39,923 bases of DNA from a virus. Taxonomy: Duplodnaviria > Caudoviricetes. Both the position numbers and the translations under genes were made by a program. Positions 26,253 through 36,142 of the stretch are shown here, in pieces (position 1 is the stretch's first letter; every line of letters starts with the position of its first letter). Location of the stretch: positions 1-39,923 of IMG/VR virus record IMGVR_UViG_3300044983_000280; one strand, written 5' to 3'. Under the pieces are notes generated by a model, which saw only the letters and a program-made list of their open reading frames with translations, did not search any database and had not been told where the DNA came from.

Positions 26253-28367
26253 ATGTCATTAAATCCACTATACATTGTGCCTCTTAATCTTGAAGAGGTC
26301 TTCGTAAATCACGGCGATGGAACCCTTTTAGCAAACGGAACAATCGAATTTTACAAAGATGACGACCGATTGGTATCGAAATCTGTCTATGAGTTAACGG
26401 GTGCGCCCCCAAATTATACCTATGCCGCATTGCCCAATCCATTAAACCTAAGTTCTGTGGGTACGCCGGTCGATAATTCTGGCAACCCGGTCAGTATTTA
26501 TTATTATCCCTATGATGTTAATGGCGACATCGAATTGTATTATATTGTGGTACGAGATTCATCCGGCACAATTCAATTCACACGCCAGGCTTGGCCAAAC
26601 ACAACGTCTTCATCGTCCCCCACACCCTCTGAAGTGAACCCCAACATCACCAATGAATTAAGTAATCCGCAATTTGTGGACATCAATTTTTCATTGACCA
26701 ACCCATTTACGATCAGTTTTTCGGGTTCATCGACCACCACGGTAGCAATTGCCCCCCGCTGGAATCTGGTTATCGGGCACAGTGGCACGGGAACGGTTGC
26801 GGTACAACGCAATGCGGTGGTGGGAACATCGGCTTATCCGTACAATCCGCCGTACACATTGACGGTCACCCCTGGTCTTAATGTCACCTCACTTACCTTA
26901 GTACAGCGATTAAATAACAATCCCGATGTATTTGCGCCGGCCCCAGCGGGAACCAATGGATGGTTATCGGCCTCGGTTCTATTGGCCCCAAGCAGCGGTG
27001 TCACGATTCAGTACCAACCAAATGGACAGTCTGCCCAAACCATTCTGACAGCCACAAATAGCACGGGTTCATATCAGCAATTCGACCAGACAGTGCAATT
27101 AACGGCAGCCAACAACACCAATGACGGCGACAGTGGATATGTGGACATCATTGTGGGCCTATCCATTGCCGGTGCCACGACCTTAAGTAATATCCAAATT
27201 CTGGGTTTAGATGCCGATGCCACGACCGTCAATTATGACCAGAACACGGCCAATCGTCAGAAAGATCAGTTGTTCAATTATTACAATCCACTGCTGCAAT
27301 ACAAACCCATCGAGTCCTATTTGGTTGGCTGGGATTTTCCCCTTAATCCCGCTCAACCCCTAGGGCCGACCGTTGCGGCAAGTAGTGCCGGTGCCAATAC
27401 CTCGGCATACAAATGGGATCAAACCATTGTGTTCCAAAGTGCCAACAGTGGCCCCGCAATCAGTCGTTCATCAACCGGAAACGGCGCATTACGTGTGACG
27501 GCCACCAATTCCACACAATTTGCCCTGGTTCAATATCTACCCCAGGCAGTGGCACGACGCATGTTACAGGAAAATTTATCAGCGAATGTGGCGGCCATTA
27601 CTGCAAAGGTCGGCGGATTAACGGGCGTCATATCCATTTGGTACACCACGGACGGCTCGTTACCCAGCACCGGATCGAATAATTCCCTTATTCTGACCCT
27701 GGATGCCAACGGTAAACCCGCCACATTTAACGGAAACTGGACAGAGGTAACCCGAAATGGTTTGGGCGATGCAAAATTCAACGTTACTAATGCTAATGGC
27801 TTGTTGTTCAATGACTATAGTTTTTCGGGATGGTCGTTAAACGGGGCAGCAGCCGTTAATACCGCGACATTCGTGGCCGTGGTCGTCGGGTTCGCCAGTT
27901 TAACAGCAGCCGGCACCATTGATATTGGTTCCATTTCAGTTGTGCCGGGTTCGATTGCCACACGTCCGGCCCCTCAAACCCCTTCGGAAGTCATTTCGGA
28001 TTGCTGTTACTACTACCAAAAGAGCTTTGAGCAAGCGACGGTACCTGCCAATAATGTTGGCCTCAATACAGGTGAATATCGCTGGCCAGCATTAATCACG
28101 GGGACAGCAGCCAATGGAGAGCAAGCCACAAGTATTCCATTTGGTTATGGGATGATTTCTGTACCCACCGTTACACTTTATAACCCGGCACTCGCGGGAA
28201 CAGCAGGTCAGGGATATAACGTACTACGAAGTGAAAATTTAACCAACACACTAGTAAACGTTATTTCTGCAAAATCGATGCAGATTTCGGCGAATGGATC
28301 TGCTTCTACCTCTCAAAGCGACGCATTGGCAGTCCATTGGTCAGCGGACTCACGTCTCGGACTATAA
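26253..28367 (+). CDS. Tail fibre or spike with an N-terminal head-binding-like domain
   Basis: GTLLANGTIEFY...LPNPLNL N-terminus and CCYYYQKS..VPTVTLYNP C-terminus. Confidence 0.8.
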   Translation: MSLNPLYIVPLNLEEVFVNHGDGTLLANGTIEFYKDDDRLVSKSVYELTGAPPNYTYAALPNPLNLSSVGTPVDNSGNPVSIYYYPYDVNGDIELYYIVVRDSSGTIQFTRQAWPNTTSSSSPTPSEVNPNITNELSNPQFVDINFSLTNPFTISFSGSSTTTVAIAPRWNLVIGHSGTGTVAVQRNAVVGTSAYPYNPPYTLTVTPGLNVTSLTLVQRLNNNPDVFAPAPAGTNGWLSASVLLAPSSGVTIQYQPNGQSAQTILTATNSTGSYQQFDQTVQLTAANNTNDGDSGYVDIIVGLSIAGATTLSNIQILGLDADATTVNYDQNTANRQKDQLFNYYNPLLQYKPIESYLVGWDFPLNPAQPLGPTVAASSAGANTSAYKWDQTIVFQSANSGPAISRSSTGNGALRVTATNSTQFALVQYLPQAVARRMLQENLSANVAAITAKVGGLTGVISIWYTTDGSLPSTGSNNSLILTLDANGKPATFNGNWTEVTRNGLGDAKFNVTNANGLLFNDYSFSGWSLNGAAAVNTATFVAVVVGFASLTAAGTIDIGSISVVPGSIATRPAPQTPSEVISDCCYYYQKSFEQATVPANNVGLNTGEYRWPALITGTAANGEQATSIPFGYGMISVPTVTLYNPALAGTAGQGYNVLRSENLTNTLVNVISAKSMQISANGSASTSQSDALAVHWSADSRLGL

Positions 28368-28405
28368 ATGGTTTATACTATTAACGAAAATCAAGGATGA
28401 TTTAA

Positions 28406-28789
28406 ATGGCCACACAATACAATATCGATGACCAGTCTCATGGTGTTAACGGATGGGGACTTCATTTCTGCGATTCCTCGTACACCGTTACCCTGGGCGC
28501 TGCCTCTGAACAGTCTTTAACGGTTCCCGTCAATATATCTATGGGGACACCGCCGGCCATTTCTCACAATAAATTTCTGGCTGTCATCACTGTCGAGCAA
28601 GCCAAAAAGGTTTACATGGCGTTAAATGCGACGGCTGCCGTTCCAGCGGGCGGCACATTTGCGGCCAGCACCTCATGTCTTTTGCCGGTTCAGTCCTGTC
28701 GATTCGTCCAAGCCGGGGACATTATGCACTTTGTCAGTGCCGCCACCGCCGATGTTTCAGTGGAGTTTTACGCCATACAAAACGGATAA
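28406..28789 (+). CDS. Virion-associated protein
   Basis: Beta-rich 127 aa, AAGGA RBS. Confidence 0.7.
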   Translation: MATQYNIDDQSHGVNGWGLHFCDSSYTVTLGAASEQSLTVPVNISMGTPPAISHNKFLAVITVEQAKKVYMALNATAAVPAGGTFAASTSCLLPVQSCRFVQAGDIMHFVSAATADVSVEFYAIQNG

Positions 28790-28801
28790 GGATGTCCAAA
28801 A

Positions 28802-31510
28802 ATGGCTTTGATTGAATTTAGTCAGTTTACCAATGGCAGCGCTCTCCAAATCGGAGACACCGTTGTTGGTTTGCGTGGCGGCGTAAATACCAAGTTCACG
28901 TTTTCGGCGGTCTTGTCGATTACCGGCACACCCAATGAGATTACCGTATCGGGTACAACAGCTTCTGTTATCGCAATAGCCAATAATGCCATTCTCCCAG
29001 GGAGTGCCGGCATAACACTTCCTGGTGGGAACACGGCGGCAAGAGCAGGCGGCGCGGGCACAATCCGATTTAACTCTCAAACCACAGAATTGGAAGCTTC
29101 ATTGGATGGGGTAACGTGGGTTACTCTGGCCACGACTGGCGGTACCGTATTAAGTGTGTCGGGTACTGCAAATCGCATCACTTCAACCGGTGGGGTAAAT
29201 CCGGTTATCGATATTGCGGCCACGTATGTTGGGCAAACTTCAATCGTGACCCTTGGGGTTGTGACAACGGGGTCATGGAACGCAAGCGTTATTCCAGGTC
29301 AATACGGTGGAACTGGCGTCGCAAATACCGGCAAAACTATCACCATTGGCGGCAACTTCGCCATGTCTGGGGCGTTTACCTTTACTGGAACTGTGACGGG
29401 TAATACTGCTGTGACGTTCCCTACATCTGGGACACTGGCCACGACTGGCGGGGCAAACATCCCCTCATTGGTTCAGGGTGACATGTTGTATGCCTCTGCC
29501 ACTAATGTTCTGAGCGCATTAAATAAAGACACGAATGCCACCCGTTATCTATCAAATACCGGCACATCCAATAATCCCGCCTGGGCACAAATCGCATTAA
29601 CCACCGGCGTTACGGGTATTCTTCCGGGTACAAACGGGGGTACTGGCGTTAACAATGGCGCATCTTTAATTACGATTGGCGCAAATTTCACCATGTCGGG
29701 CGCATTTACTTTTGTGGGAACCTTAACTGGGGCCACAACGGTCACATTTCCTACTTCGGGAACCCTTGCTACTACGGGCGGCGCATCCATTCCAACCGTC
29801 GCCCAGGGTGATTTATTGTATGGATCGGCTGCGAACGTTTTATCCGCGCTAGCCAAAGATACGAATGCCACACGGTACCTCTCGAATACAGGTGCGTCAA
29901 ATAACCCTGCTTGGGCACAAGTGGATTTGTCGAACGGTGTGACCGGAACCTTGCCTTCCGCCAATGGCGGTTCTGGGGTTTCATCCCCTACGGCACATGG
30001 CGTTTTAATTGCTGAAGGCGCAAGTGCATTCACCCCAATCGTATTGGGTGCCGGCCAAATATTGATTGGTACGACAGCAAGCGATCCAGTTGCAGCCGCC
30101 ATTGGTAGCGGATCGGGTATCCTTGTTGGCAATTCATCAGGTGCAATCACAGTTAGCAACACCGGCGTTCTTTCCAATGTGGCCACGGCAAATCAAACCA
30201 CCGTTTCAGGCGCTACAGGGAACGTTACAATCGGTCTTGCATCCAATGCCATTCTTCCCGGAACAGGTGGGGTAACTTTGCCATCAGGCAATACCGCCGC
30301 CCGTGCAGGTGGTGCCGGCACAATTCGATTTAATTCCCAGACAACGGTGTTCGAAATAACAACCGATGGTGCTGCTTGGTCGACTTTGTCAACGTCATCT
30401 GGAACTGTCACATCTGTATCGGGCACAGCTAATCGCATTACTTCAACGGGCGGTACCACACCGGTCATCGACATTTCGGCCAGTTATGTTGGTCAATCAA
30501 GCATCACCACGGTCGGGGCTTTGTCTAGCGGCTCACTCGCAGCAGGATTTACCGTTGTTACTGGCGCATTGGGCGGTACTGGCGTTGCCAATACAGGCAG
30601 CACCATCACTGTGGGTGGAAATTTCACAATGTCTGGGGCTTTTGCGTTTACCGGAACAATAACCAATACCACCACGGTTACCTTTCCTACTTCAGGAACT
30701 TTGGCCACAACATCAGGGGCTAACATTCCTTCCTTAGCACAGGGCGATTTATTGTATGCATCTGCAACAAATGTTCTATCGGCTCTAAACAAGGATACGA
30801 ACGCCACCCGATATTTGTCTAACACAGGAACCAGCAACAACCCTGCCTGGGCGCAAATTAACCTAGCCAACGGCGTTACTGGAAACTTGCCTGTCACCAA
30901 CCTTAATTCAGGTACTTCGGCATCTTCAAGCACATTTTGGAGAGGTGACGGTACATGGGCGGCAGCTGGTGCAGCAAGCGGAAATTGGGTACTACTTGCT
31001 TCAAATACATCATCATCTAGTGCCATATCGGAATTTAATGCGCTATTTAGTTCATCGTACGACATGTATTTCTTTGAATTTTGGAAAGTTCTGCCAGCAA
31101 CAGACGGTGTGGTCTTTCAGGCGCAGGTCGGCACAGGCGCAACCCCAACATACATCACAGCAAATTATCAATGGTCTGTGTTTGGCGGAGAAGGATCGGG
31201 CGGTTATCAAAACTCATCTAACACTTCCGATAGTCTTATTTCGGTCAGTGCCCCAGCTGCAAGGACGGGTGCATTGGTTCACAATGCGGGTGGCATATCA
31301 GGATTCACGTATTTGTATGGGCCAAATGCAAGCTCTCAAATAACACAAGGGACAGGAATAATTGGATTTATTGGTTCTACTGGTAACTTTATAAACGAAT
31401 TCGTGACGTTCTATCAGCCTGCCGCCACTATCACCGCCATCAAATTTTTCTTTTCTAGCGGAAACATAGCCAGCGGCATCATCAGAATGTATGGAATTAA
31501 AAATACGTAA
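28802..31510 (+). CDS. Long tail fibre with internal repeats
   Basis: G/T/S-rich, GGTG repeats, [10 protein letters not shown]-terminal receptor domain ending [14 protein letters not shown]. Confidence 0.88.
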   Translation: MALIEFSQFTNGSALQIGDTVVGLRGGVNTKFTFSAVLSITGTPNEITVSGTTASVIAIANNAILPGSAGITLPGGNTAARAGGAGTIRFNSQTTELEASLDGVTWVTLATTGGTVLSVSGTANRITSTGGVNPVIDIAATYVGQTSIVTLGVVTTGSWNASVIPGQYGGTGVANTGKTITIGGNFAMSGAFTFTGTVTGNTAVTFPTSGTLATTGGANIPSLVQGDMLYASATNVLSALNKDTNATRYLSNTGTSNNPAWAQIALTTGVTGILPGTNGGTGVNNGASLITIGANFTMSGAFTFVGTLTGATTVTFPTSGTLATTGGASIPTVAQGDLLYGSAANVLSALAKDTNATRYLSNTGASNNPAWAQVDLSNGVTGTLPSANGGSGVSSPTAHGVLIAEGASAFTPIVLGAGQILIGTTASDPVAAAIGSGSGILVGNSSGAITVSNTGVLSNVATANQTTVSGATGNVTIGLASNAILPGTGGVTLPSGNTAARAGGAGTIRFNSQTTVFEITTDGAAWSTLSTSSGTVTSVSGTANRITSTGGTTPVIDISASYVGQSSITTVGALSSGSLAAGFTVVTGALGGTGVANTGSTITVGGNFTMSGAFAFTGTITNTTTVTFPTSGTLATTSGANIPSLAQGDLLYASATNVLSALNKDTNATRYLSNTGTSNNPAWAQINLANGVTGNLPVTNLNSGTSASSSTFWRGDGTWAAAGAASGNWVLLASNTSSSSAISEFNALFSSSYDMYFFEFWKVLPATDGVVFQAQVGTGATPTYITANYQWSVFGGEGSGGYQNSSNTSDSLISVSAPAARTGALVHNAGGISGFTYLYGPNASSQITQGTGIIGFIGSTGNFINEFVTFYQPAATITAIKFFFSSGNIASGIIRMYGIKNT

Positions 31511-31518
31511 GGGATTTT

Positions 31519-31794
31519 ATGGCAGATACAAAAACAGTTAACGGGGTTGAAGTACCTTTAACCGCAGCAGAGGAAGCGGACATTGCGGCAAAAGAAGCTT
31601 CGTGGACACAAGAAAAATCCGCATATTCGAAAGTGCAGTATCTTGATCAAAGAGCGGCAGCGTATCCCGCAATTCAAGACCAGTTATTGGCAATATGGAA
31701 CAGTATGGATACCGGGGAAATCCCCCAATCCAAAGCGTTTTATAATGCAATTAAGACCGTAAACGACAAGTACCCAGCACCAGCAGTGGTGTGA
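31519..31794 (+). CDS. Tail fibre assembly chaperone-like protein
   Basis: RAAAYPAIQDQL...IKTVNDKYP. Confidence 0.75.
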   Translation: MADTKTVNGVEVPLTAAEEADIAAKEASWTQEKSAYSKVQYLDQRAAAYPAIQDQLLAIWNSMDTGEIPQSKAFYNAIKTVNDKYPAPAVV

Positions 31795-31819
31795 TGTTTT
31801 AACAAGGAAGGAAAAACAA

Positions 31820-32974
31820 ATGATTAAGAATATTGTGACGGAAGTGGCGGGGCTTGTCGGAGTACTGCCAAAGATTATTTATATCGACACCAACGACACC
31901 ATTGCGGGGGTTACCGCTGTTGGCTATTTAAACGCAGCCGCAAAGCAAGGGTACCAATTCTCTGAAGAAGAAATGGCCTTGGTTTCCACAAAAACCAGCC
32001 CCAGTGACACAGATACCGATTTAGCCTGGTTCCAGGTTGAGATTTCTGGTGCCAACATTTCTCTTGTTTCCCCAAGTGGCCCCGGATCGGTTGCATTACC
32101 CACGATTGTTAATCATATCGCGACCTTTACCAATACTGCCGGTGCCATCGGTGAAGATGCTTCCACGGCAATCAATGGCGGCAATATCCAAGCCGGTTTA
32201 AGCGGTACGGCGGGTTATCTGGCGTCATTCCCAAGTACATTGGCGAAAGGGTCTTTGCGCATCGTTGCCGTTGCCAACACAAACGATACCTTGGTTACCA
32301 TCTCCAACGCCTTGCATGGTCAGGCATCCGTTTACTCCATCCCTGATTCTGGTGCTTCCACGGCGAACTTCATTATCTCCAAGCTGACAGGAACCCAACA
32401 CATCACCGTTGGTGCATTGCAAGTGGATGCCGGTGTTATTTCATCCGGTCTGGCCACAGGTGGTACAGCAGGTGGATTTATCGCATATCCTGCCACTTCA
32501 GCAAACGGTTCCTTGCGCCTAACCCCTGTTGGTAATGCGGGTAACTTTGCCGTCAGCATCAGTAACGTTTCGACCCAGGGCCAAGCAACCGTGATGAGTA
32601 TTCCCGATGTTGCTGCCGCAACCGGTCAATTTGTGGTCAAAACAGCCGCATTTGTGAGTGGTAATTTGATCCAAGCATCAGGAACCGCCGGTCTTACCAT
32701 TGATTCGGGTATCGCGTCGTCCGACGTACAGCTCAAGTCACAGGTAGTTGCGCAACAAAGCGCCGACATTGGTGGGGCAGGTGCCGGCCCAATTGATATT
32801 GCGGTCACGGGTGCAACAGCGGCCAGTGTCGCGGTGGCAACGGTCTTGTCTTCAAGCAATGCCGTCTCCATATTAAAGGTTGTGCCGGGGTCTGCGAAAA
32901 TTTCCGTCACATTCTCTGGTGACCCAGGTGCGTCAGCGATTATCAATTATATTGTTTACATCGCCGCACAATAG
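31820..32974 (+). CDS. Virion structural or fibre protein
   Basis: Internal repeat of the form G...SFP.T...GSLR....N......ISN...GQA.V.SIPD. Confidence 0.75.
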   Translation: MIKNIVTEVAGLVGVLPKIIYIDTNDTIAGVTAVGYLNAAAKQGYQFSEEEMALVSTKTSPSDTDTDLAWFQVEISGANISLVSPSGPGSVALPTIVNHIATFTNTAGAIGEDASTAINGGNIQAGLSGTAGYLASFPSTLAKGSLRIVAVANTNDTLVTISNALHGQASVYSIPDSGASTANFIISKLTGTQHITVGALQVDAGVISSGLATGGTAGGFIAYPATSANGSLRLTPVGNAGNFAVSISNVSTQGQATVMSIPDVAAATGQFVVKTAAFVSGNLIQASGTAGLTIDSGIASSDVQLKSQVVAQQSADIGGAGAGPIDIAVTGATAASVAVATVLSSSNAVSILKVVPGSAKISVTFSGDPGASAIINYIVYIAAQ

Positions 32975-33013
32975 TAAAGTGTATATTCATGGAAGAAAAA
33001 AAGGACAAAGGAA

Positions 33014-33223
33014 ATGTTAAACAAAGACCATTTTGAGAAAAGAATCGACGAAATCAAGAAAGCAATGGAGCAAAATGTTGCCCAGCAAAATGCCCATTTG
33101 GGACATTTAGCCGAAGCACAATTCCATTTGGGTGTTCTTGAGGCCGAAGAAGCCAAAGCAAAAGCCGATGCAGAGGCCGAAGTCGAAAAAAAGGACAAGG
33201 AAGGAATGGAACATGCCCCTTAA
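33014..33223 (+). CDS. Small coiled-coil protein
   Basis: AAAGGA RBS. Confidence 0.7.
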   Translation: MLNKDHFEKRIDEIKKAMEQNVAQQNAHLGHLAEAQFHLGVLEAEEAKAKADAEAEVEKKDKEGMEHAP

Positions 33224-33365
33224 ATCTGGAAAAAGTCGCAAAGTTATTAGCGAAAACATTTCAGAACTTCGTCATAGCGGTCGTCCACAAGATCAAAGTG
33301 TGGCGATCGCAATGAAAGAGGCTGGGAAGTCAAAGAAAAAAGGCAAAGGGAAAAAATCAAAGTAG
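33213..33365 (+). CDS. Small basic phage protein (MPLK.GKS..VIS.NI family)
   Basis: [34 protein letters not shown]. Confidence 0.8.
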   Translation: MPLKSGKSRKVISENISELRHSGRPQDQSVAIAMKEAGKSKKKGKGKKSK

Positions 33366-33375
33366 GGAGACAGTT

Positions 33376-33537
33376 ATGTCCATGAGCAAAGGAAAGCCAA
33401 TGCCAGCAAAACCGAAAGGAAGTGCCGGCCCAAAAATGAAGATGTCCGACAGATCGAAAGGCCCAGCGATGCCAAAAATGGTTTTCGCCAACGAAAAGGG
33501 CGGCCCAAGCGGGTATATGTCCGGCAAAATGTGTTAA
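33376..33537 (+). CDS. Met/Lys/Gly/Pro-rich small basic protein (53 aa, not in the ORF track)
   Basis: MSMSKGKPMPAKPKGSAGPKMKM..., GGGAG RBS. Confidence 0.65.
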   Translation: MSMSKGKPMPAKPKGSAGPKMKMSDRSKGPAMPKMVFANEKGGPSGYMSGKMC

Positions 33538-33543
33538 AGTAAG

Positions 33544-33957
33544 TTGTCCGACACCCCATCACGAGGGGCATTTGCTGAAATAATGATTCCTTTCCCGCCC
33601 AGTGGAAATCGATACTGGCGGGTTTGGGAAAAGAAGATCGTAAAGTCAAAAGAAGCCAAGGTATATATGAATACCGTGCGTCTAATGACCATACCGTTTC
33701 GGCGATTGTTCTGGGAAGGCAGGTTGTTCGAGCATGTGCAGTTTCACGCGCCCGACGATAAAGCCCGTGATTTAGATAATTATGTTAAAATCCTGAATGA
33801 TGCCCTTGAATCGGCCCAGGTCTTTCAAAATGATTCCCAGGTTGATTCGATGCACCTTGATAGGAAAGAGATTCGTGACCCCGGTTGCGCAATCGTAAGA
33901 ATCATGGAACTCAAGGATAAGGAATGGTACTTTCAAAACAACTGCGAGAGCTGGTAA
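33544..33957 (+). CDS. rusA: RusA-family Holliday junction resolvase
   Basis: PFPPSGNRYWR, RDLDNYVKILNDAL and NDSQVD. Confidence 0.92.
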   Translation: MSDTPSRGAFAEIMIPFPPSGNRYWRVWEKKIVKSKEAKVYMNTVRLMTIPFRRLFWEGRLFEHVQFHAPDDKARDLDNYVKILNDALESAQVFQNDSQVDSMHLDRKEIRDPGCAIVRIMELKDKEWYFQNNCESW

Positions 33958-34415
33958 TACAGCCCGCGTTACACTCGATTGGTTTATGGTCTCAAGAGGC
34001 AGAGGATTTGTTGGTTATGATCTGCGCCCACGAATCCAATGGCGGTGATTTCATTGCCCAGGAAGGTGGCCCGGCATTGGGAATCTATCAAATGGAACCC
34101 GGCACATATAATAATCTGTGGTCAAAATTCTTGCGCGGCGTTGAAGACAAATATGTTGTGCTGGCCAGTAAGATACTGTTTTCTTGCCATTTCACCGGGA
34201 AACCCGATCCGACCGAATTAATCTGGAACATGAAATTTGCCAGCCAAATGGCACGTATTTTCTTCTTACCCAATAGAGAACCAATCCCAAAAGACATAGA
34301 GGATTTGTCCCGTTACGCCAAAAAATACTGGAATGTTGACGGCAAAGCGACCGCAGAACAGTATTTGGGCGCGTATTATCGGATGGAAGGCATCAAATCC
34401 GGTTCAGGAAAATAA
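33924..34415 (+). CDS. Lysozyme-fold / transglycosylase-like endolysin
   Basis: AHES (candidate catalytic Glu), GPALGIYQMEP and YAKKYWN. Confidence 0.75.
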   Translation: MVLSKQLRELVIQPALHSIGLWSQEAEDLLVMICAHESNGGDFIAQEGGPALGIYQMEPGTYNNLWSKFLRGVEDKYVVLASKILFSCHFTGKPDPTELIWNMKFASQMARIFFLPNREPIPKDIEDLSRYAKKYWNVDGKATAEQYLGAYYRMEGIKSGSGK

Positions 34416-34534
34416 CATCAATAAAAAGTCGTGAAATATTTCCCACGATTCTTTCAAGAAATCCAAGAAATGCCACAATAAACTGCCATAGATGGCCAGA
34501 TATTGTAGCATTTTGGACAATTTTTCTTTTAATC

Positions 34535-34699
34535 TTACTTTTTTTGGGGCGTCAGATCGACCGAATCTTTAGGTAACCCCAATTCGTCTTCAATCACGCG
34601 TTCTGCGATTTGTTCCACGGGATTGTCGGCCTTTCCGGTATAGAAATACGATGCTACGCCAATGATGGCGCACAATGCAATAATTATTCCTGCTACCAT
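34535..34699 (-). CDS. Small N-anchored membrane protein
   Basis: TM segment then DNPVEQIAE.VIE...VDLTP. GGGAG RBS. Confidence 0.7.
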   Translation of the reverse strand: MVAGIIIALCAIIGVASYFYTGKADNPVEQIAERVIEDELGLPKDSVDLTPQKK

Positions 34700-34709
34700 G
34701 ACTTTCTCC

Positions 34710-35066
34710 CTAATGTTTGATGAATTGCTTACTGGCATCCTGGGTTGCCGTAATCATTGTGTCGGTATGGTTTTTGATCTCTTGCACCAGAAACCACGCG
34801 TGTGTCTTAATTATATCCGGTAACAACGCATCTAGCTCGGATTTGATGACATCCTGTGCCGGCACAACAATATTCTGATCTCCTTGGAACAGCTTTTGCA
34901 TGTCATTAACCCGACTGTCAAAATACTCTTTGGCATACTTTTTGAAATGCTCCATCACTTGAACGAATAACTCGTGATTTTGCTCAGCGAATTGAGTATA
35001 AAGGCATTGATTCTTAAGTACGGCGAAAAACTCCGTTAACATTGCGTCTTTGTTATCCATTTCCAT
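34710..35066 (-). CDS. Hypothetical protein
   Basis: 118-aa ORF, AAGGA RBS. Confidence 0.75.
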   Translation of the reverse strand: MEMDNKDAMLTEFFAVLKNQCLYTQFAEQNHELFVQVMEHFKKYAKEYFDSRVNDMQKLFQGDQNIVVPAQDVIKSELDALLPDIIKTHAWFLVQEIKNHTDTMITATQDASKQFIKH

Positions 35067-35075
35067 GTCCTTTTA

Positions 35076-35237
35076 TTAAAAAAATAACTTAAGCATACAG
35101 ACTGCCAAGGCAATGATGACCCCGGCAGCCCAATAGGTAAGTTGATCCAATTTCTTGTCGATGTCCCGAACCGTATCATAAATATCACCGATAGCCTCGT
35201 TGAAATCGATTTCAATGTAATCTTTTGGCGGGGTCAT
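35076..35237 (-). CDS. Small protein with a C-terminal TM segment (53 aa, not in the ORF track)
   Basis: MTPPKDYIEIDF...WAAGVIIALAVCMLKLFF. AAGGA RBS. Confidence 0.6.
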   Translation of the reverse strand: MTPPKDYIEIDFNEAIGDIYDTVRDIDKKLDQLTYWAAGVIIALAVCMLKLFF

Positions 35238-35257
35238 GTCACATCCTTGTGGTTGGT

Positions 35258-36142
35258 TTATGCGGGTTCCACTAATTCTGCGGATTGTGCGGATTCTGCG
35301 TTGTCGAAAACCTGATTGATTTCCAATGCCTGTGTTTTCTGTTTGCGCTTAATCTCTTTATCCAGCTTCCGGCATAACTCTGACCATTGAGACTCATTTA
35401 ACTCACTCAGTTTCTTTATTTTGAGGGGTTCGCAAATCTCTTTCAATGATGTGCCGGCTTCTTTGGCTTTCTGCGTCAACAATTCGGCTTGTTCCTGGTC
35501 GATAAGATTGGCCGACACAACATTGATGGGGGGGTGGACCACTTCACAAGTGCCATCGATTGTTTTGCCTTCCATTTCCTCTGCTGTGGGGTGACCGCCT
35601 ACGTGTTCAGGAAATGCCATGCGTAACGCTTGGGCTTCGGTGCACTTGGCCAACTGACCATATGGACGCTTGGACCACATTGAATTGGGGGACCCTTCTT
35701 TGGTCGAGGCGAAATTCTCTTTCCAAAACTCTTTGGCCACGAACTCGCAGACCTGACCCGAAATGAGCTTCTTGACCGTTATTTTGCACCACTGGGGGTA
35801 TGAAACGACCTTTCCACCCACCTTTTCGGTGATTTCTGGCCCGAATTCTGGTTCGTCTTTGCCAAAATACGAGTTACTGCGGGATGCATTTGTTCGGTAT
35901 AATGAGATACCCGGCATCACAACGTCGATCATCTTCTTTTGGTCACTGGACCATACCGGCACAATGTGGACCGGTTTCTGCATCAAATCCAAATTGGCTG
36001 CCTGACAATAGGCAACCACCATGTGGATGGAGGCGTCAGACGCCCCCGGGAATATTGAGCGTTTCAACGCAATGTATGTGCCGGCATCGACACCAATGGT
36101 GTCCAAGATTTGTTGGTCGGGGATCATTAATTCGTTACTCAT
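35258..36142 (-). CDS. bet: Phage recombination protein Bet/RecT (single-strand annealing)
   Basis: LDLMQKPVHIVP, GISLYR, EPEFGP and MWSKRPYGQLAKCTEAQALRMAFPE. Confidence 0.92.
   Translation of the reverse strand: MSNELMIPDQQILDTIGVDAGTYIALKRSIFPGASDASIHMVVAYCQAANLDLMQKPVHIVPVWSSDQKKMIDVVMPGISLYRTNASRSNSYFGKDEPEFGPEITEKVGGKVVSYPQWCKITVKKLISGQVCEFVAKEFWKENFASTKEGSPNSMWSKRPYGQLAKCTEAQALRMAFPEHVGGHPTAEEMEGKTIDGTCEVVHPPINVVSANLIDQEQAELLTQKAKEAGTSLKEICEPLKIKKLSELNESQWSELCRKLDKEIKRKQKTQALEINQVFDNAESAQSAELVEPA

Noticed and set aside
29545-31065. Long minus-strand ORFs within the tail fibre gene
   Set aside because: Shadow ORFs from the codon bias of a G/T/S/A-rich gene.
28802-31510. Diversity-generating retroelement TR/VR pair
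   Set aside because: No reverse transcriptase is present. The repeats are in-frame and differ at synonymous positions rather than specifically at adenines.
33776-33790. GATAATTATGTTAAAA as a XerD arm / dif site
   Set aside because: There is no 6-bp spacer or paired arm, and it encodes the conserved RusA DNYVK motif.
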